Virus record (IMG/VR): IMGVR_UViG_3300028585_000514
Direction: 5' to 3' (one strand)
DNA length: 64,000 nt
Source of the DNA: a virus
Taxonomy: Duplodnaviria; Heunggongvirae; Uroviricota; Caudoviricetes
The position numbers were made by a program, and so were the translations under genes. This document shows, one piece after another, positions 1 to 9,021 of the stretch (within the stretch, counting starts at the first letter, position 1; every line of letters starts with the position of its first letter). A model generated the notes under the pieces. The model saw only the letters and a program-made list of their open reading frames with translations. It was not told the DNA's origin and made no database searches.

Positions 1-1
1 T

Positions 2-313
2 TCGCTTGAGATTGCTGATCGAATCCTTGCGTGGTTGGAATCGATTCGACGCGGCGACGAGGACATCGAAATCATGTATGACTACATCACTGATTTGAGG
101 CTCTTCGTTGAAGCGACCGACAATCGTTTGCCGTCATATGTGCACGCTCAACACATTGGTCCTAACCACTTTTCGAAGAAGATCGCGAAGATGTGGATGG
201 ACCAAGAAGGTCTTGCGGAACACCATGCTTTGTATGATGCTCGTGCAAATAAGTTCGCTTACTTCGCAGAGTTAAATCGAAAGCAAAAACAGCAGGAAAT
301 AAACCGCGTGTAG
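2..313 (+). CDS. Hypothetical protein, 5'-partial
   Basis: Frame is open from position 2 (SLEIADRILAWLESIRR...) to TAG at 311-313. Confidence 0.6.
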   Translation, partial: SLEIADRILAWLESIRRGDEDIEIMYDYITDLRLFVEATDNRLPSYVHAQHIGPNHFSKKIAKMWMDQEGLAEHHALYDARANKFAYFAELNRKQKQQEINRV

Positions 314-448
314 TACAATGCTTCACATCGAGACATGCACAACAATGTGTGTCTCGACTTCCAAAAGTTATACATCTCCTAGTTATAACGCCCTCACTTC
401 TTAGACAAAACAAATCTCCTTGTTTTGTCTAACACCCCTGAAATTCCT

Positions 449-456
449 TATAAATA
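449..456 (+). promoter_or_regulatory. T4-type late promoter TATAAATA
   Basis: Exact T4 gp55 consensus upstream of the SSB gene. Confidence 0.7.
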
Positions 457-540
457 CTTCTGTCATAGGCATGGTGCCGACTGACAATTTTATCTGATTT
501 TCAAAAATCACTTTTCCAATTTACTTTACGGAGTTTTCAT

Positions 541-1482
541 ATGTCATCCAAACTAGACGCACTAAAAGCAGCATTCGCACCAAAAGAGAAGAAAGAGTTC
601 TCGTTCACGAAGTTCTTCAACTTCTGGAAAATGGAAGCCGGCGAAACTGCTATCGTTCGCTTCATCAAAGACGCCAACCCTGACAATCCTCGTCAGTTCG
701 TTGTCGACAATCTCACCCACTCCCTAACCGTCAATGGCAAGAAGCGCGTCGTCGCTTGCTTGGAAATGCACGGCGAGGAATGCCCGATCTGCCAACTCTC
801 CCGTGACTATTACGACCAAGCTCGTGCTGCTGGCGAGACCAAGGAAAATCCTGGTCCTCTGATGGCTCTCGGTAAGAAGTACTACCGCAAGAAAGAGCAT
901 ATCGGTCAGGTCATCGTGCAGTCCAGCCCGATCGAGTACGAGAAGAATGAAGGCCACGATAACGAAATGCCGATCGCAATCGGTCCACAAATCTTCAAAC
1001 TAATCCAAGCCGCGTTCTCCTCAGGCGACCTGGATGAAGTGCCTTACGAACTGAAAGGTGGTTACGACTTCCGTATCACCAAGTCGATGCAAGGTACCAA
1101 CGCTAACTACACCCTGTCGAAGTTCGCTCCAAAGCAAACCGACGTGGCTGACGACGTTATCGCTGGTCTGAACCCATACGACCTGAACACCCTTCGCAAT
1201 CGTAAGACCGATCGCGCCACCATGGAAGCAATGCTGATCGCTGACCAAACCGGTCAACCACTAGCACTGCCAACCAAGGAACAGGAAAGCGACGACGATG
1301 GCCTCAACTTCGTCTCGAAGGCTGCAGCACAAGCTGTGACCACTCCTGCAACTGCTGCTCCAACCGCTGCTCCTGCTCCGGTTGCTGAAGAAGTTGAATC
1401 GGCAGAACCTGCTGCAAACAAAGTCAACGACGTGCTAGCACAAATTCGTGCTCGTGCCGCTGCTAAAGCTGCAGGCGCTTAA
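541..1482 (+). CDS. Single-stranded DNA-binding protein (T4 gp32-like)
   Basis: AIVRF, H...CLEMHGEECPIC zinc site, GYDFRITK, Ala/acidic tail; lies upstream of uvsX. Confidence 0.85.
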   Translation: MSSKLDALKAAFAPKEKKEFSFTKFFNFWKMEAGETAIVRFIKDANPDNPRQFVVDNLTHSLTVNGKKRVVACLEMHGEECPICQLSRDYYDQARAAGETKENPGPLMALGKKYYRKKEHIGQVIVQSSPIEYEKNEGHDNEMPIAIGPQIFKLIQAAFSSGDLDEVPYELKGGYDFRITKSMQGTNANYTLSKFAPKQTDVADDVIAGLNPYDLNTLRNRKTDRATMEAMLIADQTGQPLALPTKEQESDDDGLNFVSKAAAQAVTTPATAAPTAAPAPVAEEVESAEPAANKVNDVLAQIRARAAAKAAGA

Positions 1483-1495
1483 TTAGTTAAGCATT

Positions 1496-1525
1496 AAACG
1501 CAAGGTCCTCGATGACCTTGCGTTT
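1496..1525 (+). terminator. Stem-loop after SSB gene
   Basis: aaacgcaaggtc / gaccttgcgttt inverted repeat. Confidence 0.6.
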
Positions 1526-1562
1526 CTCCTAAAACAAAAACAATACTGAGGAGATTCCCCAT

Positions 1563-2648
1563 ATGGCCGGTCTAGGCTTCCTAAAAGACTTTCGTAAGAA
1601 AGTCGACTCAATGACGAACGTGTCGACCACGTTCACCCCACCAAAAAAATGGTTCTCAACTGGTAACTACGCAATCAACCGAGTCCTCTCTGGCTCGTAT
1701 ATTCGTGGCTATCCCGCTGGCCGTCTAACCTGTGTTGCTGGTCCATCCGCATCCGGTAAATCGTTCCTAACCTGTAACGCGATTCGTGAAGCTCAAAAGG
1801 AAGGTGCATTCATTCTAGTCCTTGACTCAGAAAACGCACTCGATCCAGTCTTCATGAAGAAAATCGGCGTGGACGTGGACCCAAGCAAACTGATGTACGT
1901 TCAAGTCGTCACCATCCAGGACTGCACCGCTGTTCTATCGAGCTTCCTAAAAGGCTACGAAAAAGAATACGGTCGTTACAACAAAGAAGCTCCTGATGTT
2001 GTGATTGTTCTCGACTCCCTAGGTAACCTGCTTACCGACGGTGAAGACGAGAAGTTCGAGAAGGGCGTACAAACCGGTGACCAAGGTCAATCGGCAAAGT
2101 TGAAGAAGCACATGCTTCGTACCCTAGTTTCACGTTTCGCTCGTCTTGACATTCCAATGATCTTCACCGATCAAGTGTATCCACAAGACATCATGCTTGG
2201 CGACGGCCCATGGGCTATCACCAACGGCGTGAAATACTCCACCTCCCAGATTGCTCTGATCACCAAGTTGAACTTGAAGGACACCGACAAGGAATTCATC
2301 GGTATCAAGATGCGAGTTGAATCATACAAGTCACGCTTCGCTAAGCCGAAGACCAAGACTGAAGTTGAAGTACCATATACCACTGGTATGTCGCCATTCA
2401 ACGGTATGTTCGAACTGATGGAGCTGGACGGTATCCTAACCAAGGTGGGCTACAGCTGGGTGACCACTGTTGACGGTGAGGAAATCAAATTCCAAGAGAA
2501 GAATTGCACACAAGAAATCGTGGACAAGCTACTCAAACACCCGATCATCCTGAAGATGGAAAAAGACTTCGAAGACGAAGAAGCTGCAGAGGCAACTGTG
2601 TTCGCTGAAACCGTCATCGCTGACTCCGAAGCTGCGGAATCTGAATAA
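1563..2648 (+). CDS. uvsX: RecA-like recombinase UvsX
   Basis: Walker A GPSASGKS, LDSENALD, IVLDSLG, RecA-like layout. Confidence 0.92.
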   Translation: MAGLGFLKDFRKKVDSMTNVSTTFTPPKKWFSTGNYAINRVLSGSYIRGYPAGRLTCVAGPSASGKSFLTCNAIREAQKEGAFILVLDSENALDPVFMKKIGVDVDPSKLMYVQVVTIQDCTAVLSSFLKGYEKEYGRYNKEAPDVVIVLDSLGNLLTDGEDEKFEKGVQTGDQGQSAKLKKHMLRTLVSRFARLDIPMIFTDQVYPQDIMLGDGPWAITNGVKYSTSQIALITKLNLKDTDKEFIGIKMRVESYKSRFAKPKTKTEVEVPYTTGMSPFNGMFELMELDGILTKVGYSWVTTVDGEEIKFQEKNCTQEIVDKLLKHPIILKMEKDFEDEEAAEATVFAETVIADSEAAESE

Positions 2649-2652
2649 ACTC

Positions 2653-2678
2653 AATGGGAGACTTCGGTCTCCCATTTT
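2653..2678 (+). terminator. Rho-independent terminator with UUCG loop
   Basis: aatgggagac-TTCG-gtctcccatttt. Confidence 0.8.
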
Positions 2679-2693
2679 CAACAAGACACCAAC

Positions 2694-2885
2694 ATGAAAA
2701 AACATCAACACGTATCCAACTTCCGTTTTGACATCCACATCACCGGCGCCGAGAATGGCTTCCTAGTCGAAGCACCAGTTGTCGGCAACGGCGGTTCTGT
2801 CACCATGGACCTCACCGTCTGTGCTACGAAAGAAGCAGTCCTAACTCTGATTGGCAATCGCATCGACGCATTCTATAAGGACTGA
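2694..2885 (+). CDS. Hypothetical protein
   Basis: 63-aa ORF packed between terminator and uvsY. Confidence 0.6.
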   Translation: MKKHQHVSNFRFDIHITGAENGFLVEAPVVGNGGSVTMDLTVCATKEAVLTLIGNRIDAFYKD

Positions 2886-2887
2886 TC

Positions 2888-3349
2888 ATGGGTACAGTAA
2901 TCGCAGATGCAACGAAGAATATCACTTCGGTCATTCCTCGAATTGAAGCAGCGAACGATTACATTGATACTGCTGAAAAGGACCTGAACTTCGATGACAA
3001 GAATCTCGAGCAAATCTGTAAGGATCATGCTAAGAACATTTACCGCGTGAGTAAACATCTGAACGAGATGAAGGCCATCGATGAATTCTTCAAAGCGAAA
3101 CTTGCAGCGATTGAATCGAAGTACTGGAAGAAGTATAACGAGAACTACGCTCGTGCTCTAAGTGCAAGGGACATTCAGGCATACATTGCCGGTGAACCCG
3201 AGTACACGGAGATGCTTGAACTGCAGCTTGAGGTAAACTACACCAAGCGACAGTTGGAATCGATCTATGAGGCGCTGAAGGATATGGGATGGCAGATCAA
3301 GTATGTGACTGACCTTCGCATTAACGAACTTCAAGATGTTGTTTTGTAA
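2888..3349 (+). CDS. uvsY: Recombination mediator UvsY-like
   Basis: Helical 153 aa with KKYNENYARALSARDIQAYIAGE; lies between uvsX and uvsW. Confidence 0.7.
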   Translation: MGTVIADATKNITSVIPRIEAANDYIDTAEKDLNFDDKNLEQICKDHAKNIYRVSKHLNEMKAIDEFFKAKLAAIESKYWKKYNENYARALSARDIQAYIAGEPEYTEMLELQLEVNYTKRQLESIYEALKDMGWQIKYVTDLRINELQDVVL

Positions 3350-3388
3350 CAATCGACATTTTTCCTTAAAGCGTGATACAATGCTCAC

Positions 3389-3733
3389 ATGATCAACCCT
3401 CATGTGAGTCGTCTCATGAAGAAGGTTCTATTCACTGTGTTGGTGTTAGCTTCGTCGCTGGTTCATGCTTATGAGCAGGCGAAGCGTAAAAGCGTTGAGC
3501 AGCTCTTCATACCCCTTGGCGAGAGCTGCGAGCAGTACTATTCGCTAAATCCTCCTGGTAAGATTTGCCTGAAAGGGCAGCTCCACTTTCAAGTGTACGA
3601 CATCGTATACGAGATACGCGGAGTGCTTCGCAAAGTCCGACTGACGTATATCCCCGAACAAACCTTTGAAGTCGATCTTGACGGAACGGTGAAGCCGAGG
3701 AACCATCACATCAGGCCAGACCAAAGCTTCTAA
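3389..3733 (+). CDS. Hypothetical protein with signal-peptide-like N-terminus
   Basis: MKKVLFTVLVLASSLVHA. Confidence 0.6.
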   Translation: MINPHVSRLMKKVLFTVLVLASSLVHAYEQAKRKSVEQLFIPLGESCEQYYSLNPPGKICLKGQLHFQVYDIVYEIRGVLRKVRLTYIPEQTFEVDLDGTVKPRNHHIRPDQSF

Positions 3734-3751
3734 GCAATCTTTGCATCATTC

Positions 3752-3778
3752 AAAAGGGACCCAACGAGGTCCCTTTTT
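3752..3778 (+). terminator. Rho-independent terminator
   Basis: aaaagggacc / ggtccctttt plus T-run. Confidence 0.75.
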
Positions 3779-3812
3779 GCTATGAAAAACAATAACAAAA
3801 ATAATATGTTTA

Positions 3813-5219
3813 ATGGCAACAGCAAAAATCTCCATCAAAGATGAGGTTTACTGTTTCGTTACCGGTTTAGCAAGTCCCCACCAAAAGAAATTATGGGACA
3901 CCTTTGGTGTTCGAATTGAAGGCGCGGTGTTTCACCCCGCAGTCAAGCTTGGGCGCTGGGATGGCTTTGTCCGGTTCTTCGAACCAACAGGTAAAACCTA
4001 CAATCGTCTACTAGACCGTATCGTTCCATTCCTCCTGGAATGGGAATATGAAGTCGAAATTGAAGACAAACGTGTTCAAGTCAAACGTCCAGATTCACGA
4101 GCATCATCTGATATGTTCGGTCACATCATGGGCTATCGTGGCAAGCCTCTCGAAGTTCGTCCTTATCAGGTCGAAGCAATCAATGCTCTGGTCGAAGAAG
4201 GTTCTGGCTTCGTCATCGCAGGAACTGGCGCAGGGAAGTCCCTGATCACTGCAGGGCTATGCGAGGTGTACGGCCGATCTGGTTATCGCACGATCACCAT
4301 TGTGCCCTCAGGCGACCTCGTATCACAAACGTTCGATGCCTTCACCATGTGTGGCATGGATGTCGGTCGATACTCCGGTGATTTCAAAGAGCTACATGCA
4401 CAACACGTAGTCGCGACATGGCAAAGTTTGCAGAACGCGCCACAAGTGATGAAAATGTTCCAGGTGGTTGTGATTGACGAAGCCCACGGAGCGAAAGCTG
4501 ATGTGATAAAATCTCTTATCAGCGATCATGGAGGACATATCGCATTTCGATTCGGTGTCACGGGAACATTCCCTAAGCCTGAAATCGACAAGATGAACTT
4601 GATTACGACCATCGGTCCAATCCTCAAGACCATCACCTCCAAATGGCTGATTGACAACGGCTACCTTGCCGAAGTCGAGATTGAAATCCTCGAGACACAA
4701 GAAGATGTTGACTTGCCGGATTACTCCGCTGAGAAGGCATATCTTGCCCGCGCTGAAGATCGACTAGACCACCTTGCGTGGCGTATCAAGCAGGACATGC
4801 AACTATTCGGGAACACCCTTGTTCTCGTTAACAGCATTCCATTCGGACGCAAACTCGCTAAACTGATTGAAGGCGCCGTCTTCCTTTCAGGCGAAAGCGA
4901 GAATGATCTACGTCAGGAAAACTACAAAGAATACGAACATCGCGACGATGTGATCGTTATCGCCTCAAGCGGTATCGCATCCACTGGCATTTCGATTGAC
5001 CGTATCTTCTGCTTATACTTGATCGACTCTGGTAAATCCTTCATCAAAGCTATTCAAAGTATCGGTCGCGGCCTACGTCGTGCTGATGACAAGAATAAGG
5101 TCTACGTTAAGGACGTTTCATCATCCATGAAGTACTCCAAAAAGCATTGCAAAGAACGCATCAAATGGTACGATGAAGCTGGTTATCCGCGTTCCAAGCC
5201 TAAGAAAATCACGTACTAA
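3813..5219 (+). CDS. uvsW: SF2 DNA helicase UvsW
   Basis: GTGAGKS, DEAH, GVTGT, QSIGRGLR motifs. Confidence 0.92.
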   Translation: MATAKISIKDEVYCFVTGLASPHQKKLWDTFGVRIEGAVFHPAVKLGRWDGFVRFFEPTGKTYNRLLDRIVPFLLEWEYEVEIEDKRVQVKRPDSRASSDMFGHIMGYRGKPLEVRPYQVEAINALVEEGSGFVIAGTGAGKSLITAGLCEVYGRSGYRTITIVPSGDLVSQTFDAFTMCGMDVGRYSGDFKELHAQHVVATWQSLQNAPQVMKMFQVVVIDEAHGAKADVIKSLISDHGGHIAFRFGVTGTFPKPEIDKMNLITTIGPILKTITSKWLIDNGYLAEVEIEILETQEDVDLPDYSAEKAYLARAEDRLDHLAWRIKQDMQLFGNTLVLVNSIPFGRKLAKLIEGAVFLSGESENDLRQENYKEYEHRDDVIVIASSGIASTGISIDRIFCLYLIDSGKSFIKAIQSIGRGLRRADDKNKVYVKDVSSSMKYSKKHCKERIKWYDEAGYPRSKPKKITY

Positions 5220-5247
5220 ATTCCATACACAATAAAAGGAACTGAAC

Positions 5248-5421
5248 ATGTCGCAAGCAATTATCAATCAAATCAAGGATGCAACCGAAGCTAAGGATGC
5301 GAGCAAACTCGACCTGGCGCTTCGCGCACAGTATCACTTCGAGAATCGTGGTCGTGCAGTTGACACCACTGGCATCGAATTCGTTGCTGTCAAGAATATT
5401 GATCCTAAGTTTTACGGATAA
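5248..5421 (+). CDS. Small hypothetical protein (57 aa, absent from ORF track)
   Basis: AAAGGA RBS, then MSQAIINQIKDATEAK...PKFYG-TAA; fills the gap after uvsW. Confidence 0.7.
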   Translation: MSQAIINQIKDATEAKDASKLDLALRAQYHFENRGRAVDTTGIEFVAVKNIDPKFYG

Positions 5422-5445
5422 TCTTGCGACGCGTTTAACACGATT

Positions 5446-5853
5446 ATGACGACTCAACTAACCGCAAGAATGGAAGTCGTTCTAGAAGAAGTCGCAATGG
5501 ATGTTCGCGACTTCATTCGGAACATGTTTGGTCACCCAAACGATGCAAAGACTCGTGCTATCATCCAAAATGAAATCAGCGCGTACCTAAATTACAACCA
5601 CGATATCGATCACGGCTATTGCCAATGCGACGACACCAATAATCCTCTGAATGATGTGCGGTACGGCAAACTAACTGTCGCCATGCATTTTTCGATCGAT
5701 GGTGTATTGTTTGTCGGCTCCGCGATCGTTGACCCTACTTCACAAAGCTACGTCGATGTTGAAGTCAACTTCTTTATGCAACAACGCCGCTTCGGCAAAC
5801 CTGTTGTTACTAAAGACATGCCAGCAGATTTGGCACGCACCCTAGGATTCTAA
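5446..5853 (+). CDS. Hypothetical protein resembling tail-sheath C-terminal domain
   Basis: FGHPNDAKTR...CDDTNN...GKL aligns by eye with sheath FEPNDQITR...CDASNN...NEL. Confidence 0.55.
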   Translation: MTTQLTARMEVVLEEVAMDVRDFIRNMFGHPNDAKTRAIIQNEISAYLNYNHDIDHGYCQCDDTNNPLNDVRYGKLTVAMHFSIDGVLFVGSAIVDPTSQSYVDVEVNFFMQQRRFGKPVVTKDMPADLARTLGF

Positions 5854-6369
5854 ATGCTAATTTTCACAGATTACAACAAACCACTGATCATCGACTCGCT
5901 TGATACTCCTCTTGTGACTCGACATCACTGGGTGTTATCTGGGACAATGAAGGACTTCAAACTCTCGAATATCCCGTATATCGAAGAAACACGTGGCCCT
6001 TCAATTGAAGTCATGGTCGAAGGTTTCAAATTCGTGGTTCCCGCTTCATGGAACATTCTTGTTGTCGATCAAGAGACCATGGTACTTGATACCGTCCCGG
6101 TTTCAAACTGTTCAACCGGTAGCCATCGCGCATTGCTATTCTCGTCGTACGATTCTAAAGTACGACATGCTGAAATCAGTGTTGTCGATCTACACCCAAA
6201 CTTCTCTTGCTTCCATCCAATGGTTGCAAAAGGCACGATGCTCTGCCACCCGATTGGTCCAGAAAGTCGTCACGATGAAGTAGAAAATATTCTGACCGTA
6301 ATGATTGGTCCACACGACCTTTATTCGAAATACATTAAGGACATGAGCGCTGCTGAATTGATGTACTAA
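5854..6369 (+). CDS. Hypothetical beta-rich protein
   Basis: 171-aa ORF abutting the upstream stop codon. Confidence 0.75.
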   Translation: MLIFTDYNKPLIIDSLDTPLVTRHHWVLSGTMKDFKLSNIPYIEETRGPSIEVMVEGFKFVVPASWNILVVDQETMVLDTVPVSNCSTGSHRALLFSSYDSKVRHAEISVVDLHPNFSCFHPMVAKGTMLCHPIGPESRHDEVENILTVMIGPHDLYSKYIKDMSAAELMY

Positions 6370-6373
6370 TCAA

Positions 6374-6425
6374 CTCCTGTTCACTTCCGTCTATAAATAG
6401 AAGACGGAAGTGAATCAATCAGGAG
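6374..6425 (+). promoter_or_regulatory. Late promoter TATAAATA (6392-6399) inside an RBS-sequestering hairpin
   Basis: ctcctg-ttcacttccgtct pairs with agacggaagtgaa...caggag (SD). Confidence 0.8.
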
Positions 6426-6431
6426 AAGATT

Positions 6432-7001
6432 ATGTATGACGAATTTGTCAAAGCTTTTAACCACGCAATGAAATACGAAGTTGGTCCGTCGTTTAATCCA
6501 AGCGACGTTAATGTCCAAAATGGAGTCTATAAGACTAAAGCGAATAAGCTGGCATGCGGCTATGTAAATGACCCTCTAGACCGAGGCGGAGAAACAAAAT
6601 TTGGTATTGCTCAAAAGGCGAATCCGGATATTTGCGTGGCCACTTTGACTCTAGCTCAAGCTCAAAAAATCTATTTCGATCGCTATTGGCTAGCAGCCAA
6701 GTGTGATAAAATAGCTTCACCTCTGAGTTTGCTACACTTCGATACCGCAGTTAACATGGGTCCCGGAGCAGCAGCGAAACTTCTACAAACTGCACTCGGT
6801 GTTGTTGCAGACGGCGCAATTGGTCCTAAGACCTTGGCTGCAATCTCAACCAAAAACATCTCCGAACTGTGCACCAAATACCTCGACCTAAAGCAAGCAC
6901 GATACAACGCGATCGTGAAAGCTGACCCATCTCAAGCACGTTTCGCCAAAGGCTGGAAAGCTCGTAACGACGACATGCGTAAGTTTCTGGGCGTAAAGTA
7001 A
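6432..7001 (+). CDS. Endolysin, glycoside hydrolase family 108 with peptidoglycan-binding domain
   Basis: GYVNDPLDRGGETKFGI, FDTAVNMG, LQTALGVVADGAIGPKT, RFAKGW; extra segment between E-V-G and G-Y. Confidence 0.9.
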   Translation: MYDEFVKAFNHAMKYEVGPSFNPSDVNVQNGVYKTKANKLACGYVNDPLDRGGETKFGIAQKANPDICVATLTLAQAQKIYFDRYWLAAKCDKIASPLSLLHFDTAVNMGPGAAAKLLQTALGVVADGAIGPKTLAAISTKNISELCTKYLDLKQARYNAIVKADPSQARFAKGWKARNDDMRKFLGVK

Positions 7002-7074
7002 AAATTTAGAATGTGTAGTGCCCGTGGCTTCGGGCACTCTGCAAAAAGACAACAAGAATAATATAGGAATATTG

Positions 7075-8961
7075 ATGACTGATACAAGTAACATTGTAGA
7101 GTACAATGGCATCAAGCTCGACCTAAGCAGAGACGATATGTTCTCCGTGCCGGGTAAAGAGCTAATGTCAAAGTACTACTCAAACGGAAAAGACGGAGTA
7201 CAAAAGGCGATTGCACAAGCTGCGATTACCTTCTCATATGGCGACCTACAGCTAGCACAAGACATTTACGATGCTGCATCACAGCATTGGTTCTTCTACT
7301 CGTCGCCTGTCCTATCGAACGCACCAGTTGGTACGTGGGACCCATCAGTCGATTACAACAGCAAGGCATTCTGGGCGCCCGAGAACGGCGAACAGCGTCG
7401 TAAAGCATGGAAGGGTAAGAAACCTAAAGCCATGCCAATCGCGTGCTTCCTGACGTTCCTGCCCGATACCATTGAAGGTCAGATTTCAGCATCAGTCGAA
7501 ATCTCACGTCTATCGGTTGCTGGTGGTGGTACTTCGCTACACAACAACATCCGTGCAGTGTCAGACAAAGCTCCTGGCCCTATTCCTTATTTCAAGACCG
7601 TCGACGGCATCATGGGTTACTACCGCCAAGGTAAAACTCGTCGTGGTTCTTGCGGTATTTACATGGACATCTCCCACCCAGACGTGGTCGAGTTTGTCAA
7701 TATGCGTAAGACGTCTGGTGGTGACCCGGCTCGTAAGATCAACAACCGTGCCGGCGTTCACAACGCAGTCAACCTAACCGACGCATTTGCTGATGCAGTC
7801 GATGCTGATGCTGATTGGGAACTGAAATGCCCACACACCGGTGAAGTCAAAGAAACCCTGAAAGCACGAGTGCTATGGGAACAACTTCTAGAAGTTCGCG
7901 AACTAACCGGTGAACCTTACCTATACTTCATCGACGTAGCAAACCGCATGCTACCTGAATCGCAGAAGAAACTCGGTCTGGTCAATCGCGGTTCAAACCT
8001 CTGCTCCGAGATCACTCTGGCTACCGACGAAAACCGTTCAGCAGTTTGCGCTCTATCATCGGTGAACCTCGAGTACTACGAGCAATGGAAGAACACCAAT
8101 CTGGTGGCAAACCTAGTTCGTTTCATCGACAACGTCATCCAGTGGTACATCGACTGGGCAAGCGACGAAGTGTCACGTACCAAGTACTCCGCGATGCGTG
8201 AACGTGCTATCGGTATCGGCGCAATGGGTTGGCACAACTTCCTGATGTCGAAAGATATCGCGTTCGAATCAGGTGGCTTCAACTCTGCAGTACAATGGAA
8301 CCACCGCATCTTCGCGGACATGCAAGCAAAAGGTATCGCTGAATCCCTACGTCTAGGCACCGAACGCGGTGAAGCACCAGACATGGTCGGTACTGGTCGT
8401 CGTAACTCACACCTGTTTGCATTGGCTCCAAACTCAAACAGCTCGATCCTTTGCAACACTTCGTCAGCGATGGAGCCGATCGCTTCGAATGCATACCCAC
8501 AGAAAACTCGTGCTGGTATCTTCTTGATGAAGAACCGTTACCTAGAACGCAAGCTGGAAGCACTAGGTAAGAACACGGAAGAAGTGTGGAAGTCGATCAC
8601 GAACACCAACGGTTCGGTTCAACATCTAGATTTCCTAGATGAAGCAACCAAGATCGTGTTCCGTACCGCATGGGAAATCGACCAGCACTGGATTGTTCAA
8701 CACGCCGGTGATCGTCAGCCGTACATTTGCCAAGCACAATCGTGCAACCTATTCTTCATGCCAGGCACCGACCGTGCTTACATCAATTCAGTCCACCTGA
8801 AAGCGATGCGTGAACGTAAGGTAAAGTCACTGTACTACTTCCGTACTGGTGCCGCAACCAAAGCTGATACCGTGAAGGCAGTCATTCGTAAGTCGCTAGC
8901 CGACTGGAAAGAGACGCCAACCGAAGACGGTGGAGTTGCTTGCGTATCCTGCGAAGGCTAA
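7075..8961 (+). CDS. nrdA: Ribonucleotide reductase class I alpha subunit
   Basis: SSPVLSN, ACF, SNLCSEI, APNSNSS, KSLYY, C-terminal CVSCEG; likely start ATG 7075 after AGGA. Confidence 0.95.
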   Translation: MTDTSNIVEYNGIKLDLSRDDMFSVPGKELMSKYYSNGKDGVQKAIAQAAITFSYGDLQLAQDIYDAASQHWFFYSSPVLSNAPVGTWDPSVDYNSKAFWAPENGEQRRKAWKGKKPKAMPIACFLTFLPDTIEGQISASVEISRLSVAGGGTSLHNNIRAVSDKAPGPIPYFKTVDGIMGYYRQGKTRRGSCGIYMDISHPDVVEFVNMRKTSGGDPARKINNRAGVHNAVNLTDAFADAVDADADWELKCPHTGEVKETLKARVLWEQLLEVRELTGEPYLYFIDVANRMLPESQKKLGLVNRGSNLCSEITLATDENRSAVCALSSVNLEYYEQWKNTNLVANLVRFIDNVIQWYIDWASDEVSRTKYSAMRERAIGIGAMGWHNFLMSKDIAFESGGFNSAVQWNHRIFADMQAKGIAESLRLGTERGEAPDMVGTGRRNSHLFALAPNSNSSILCNTSSAMEPIASNAYPQKTRAGIFLMKNRYLERKLEALGKNTEEVWKSITNTNGSVQHLDFLDEATKIVFRTAWEIDQHWIVQHAGDRQPYICQAQSCNLFFMPGTDRAYINSVHLKAMRERKVKSLYYFRTGAATKADTVKAVIRKSLADWKETPTEDGGVACVSCEG

Positions 8962-9021
8962 AGCATAATGGGTCCGATCATGAGGTCGGACCCTTACGAA
9001 GATCACAATAGGAAATAATAA

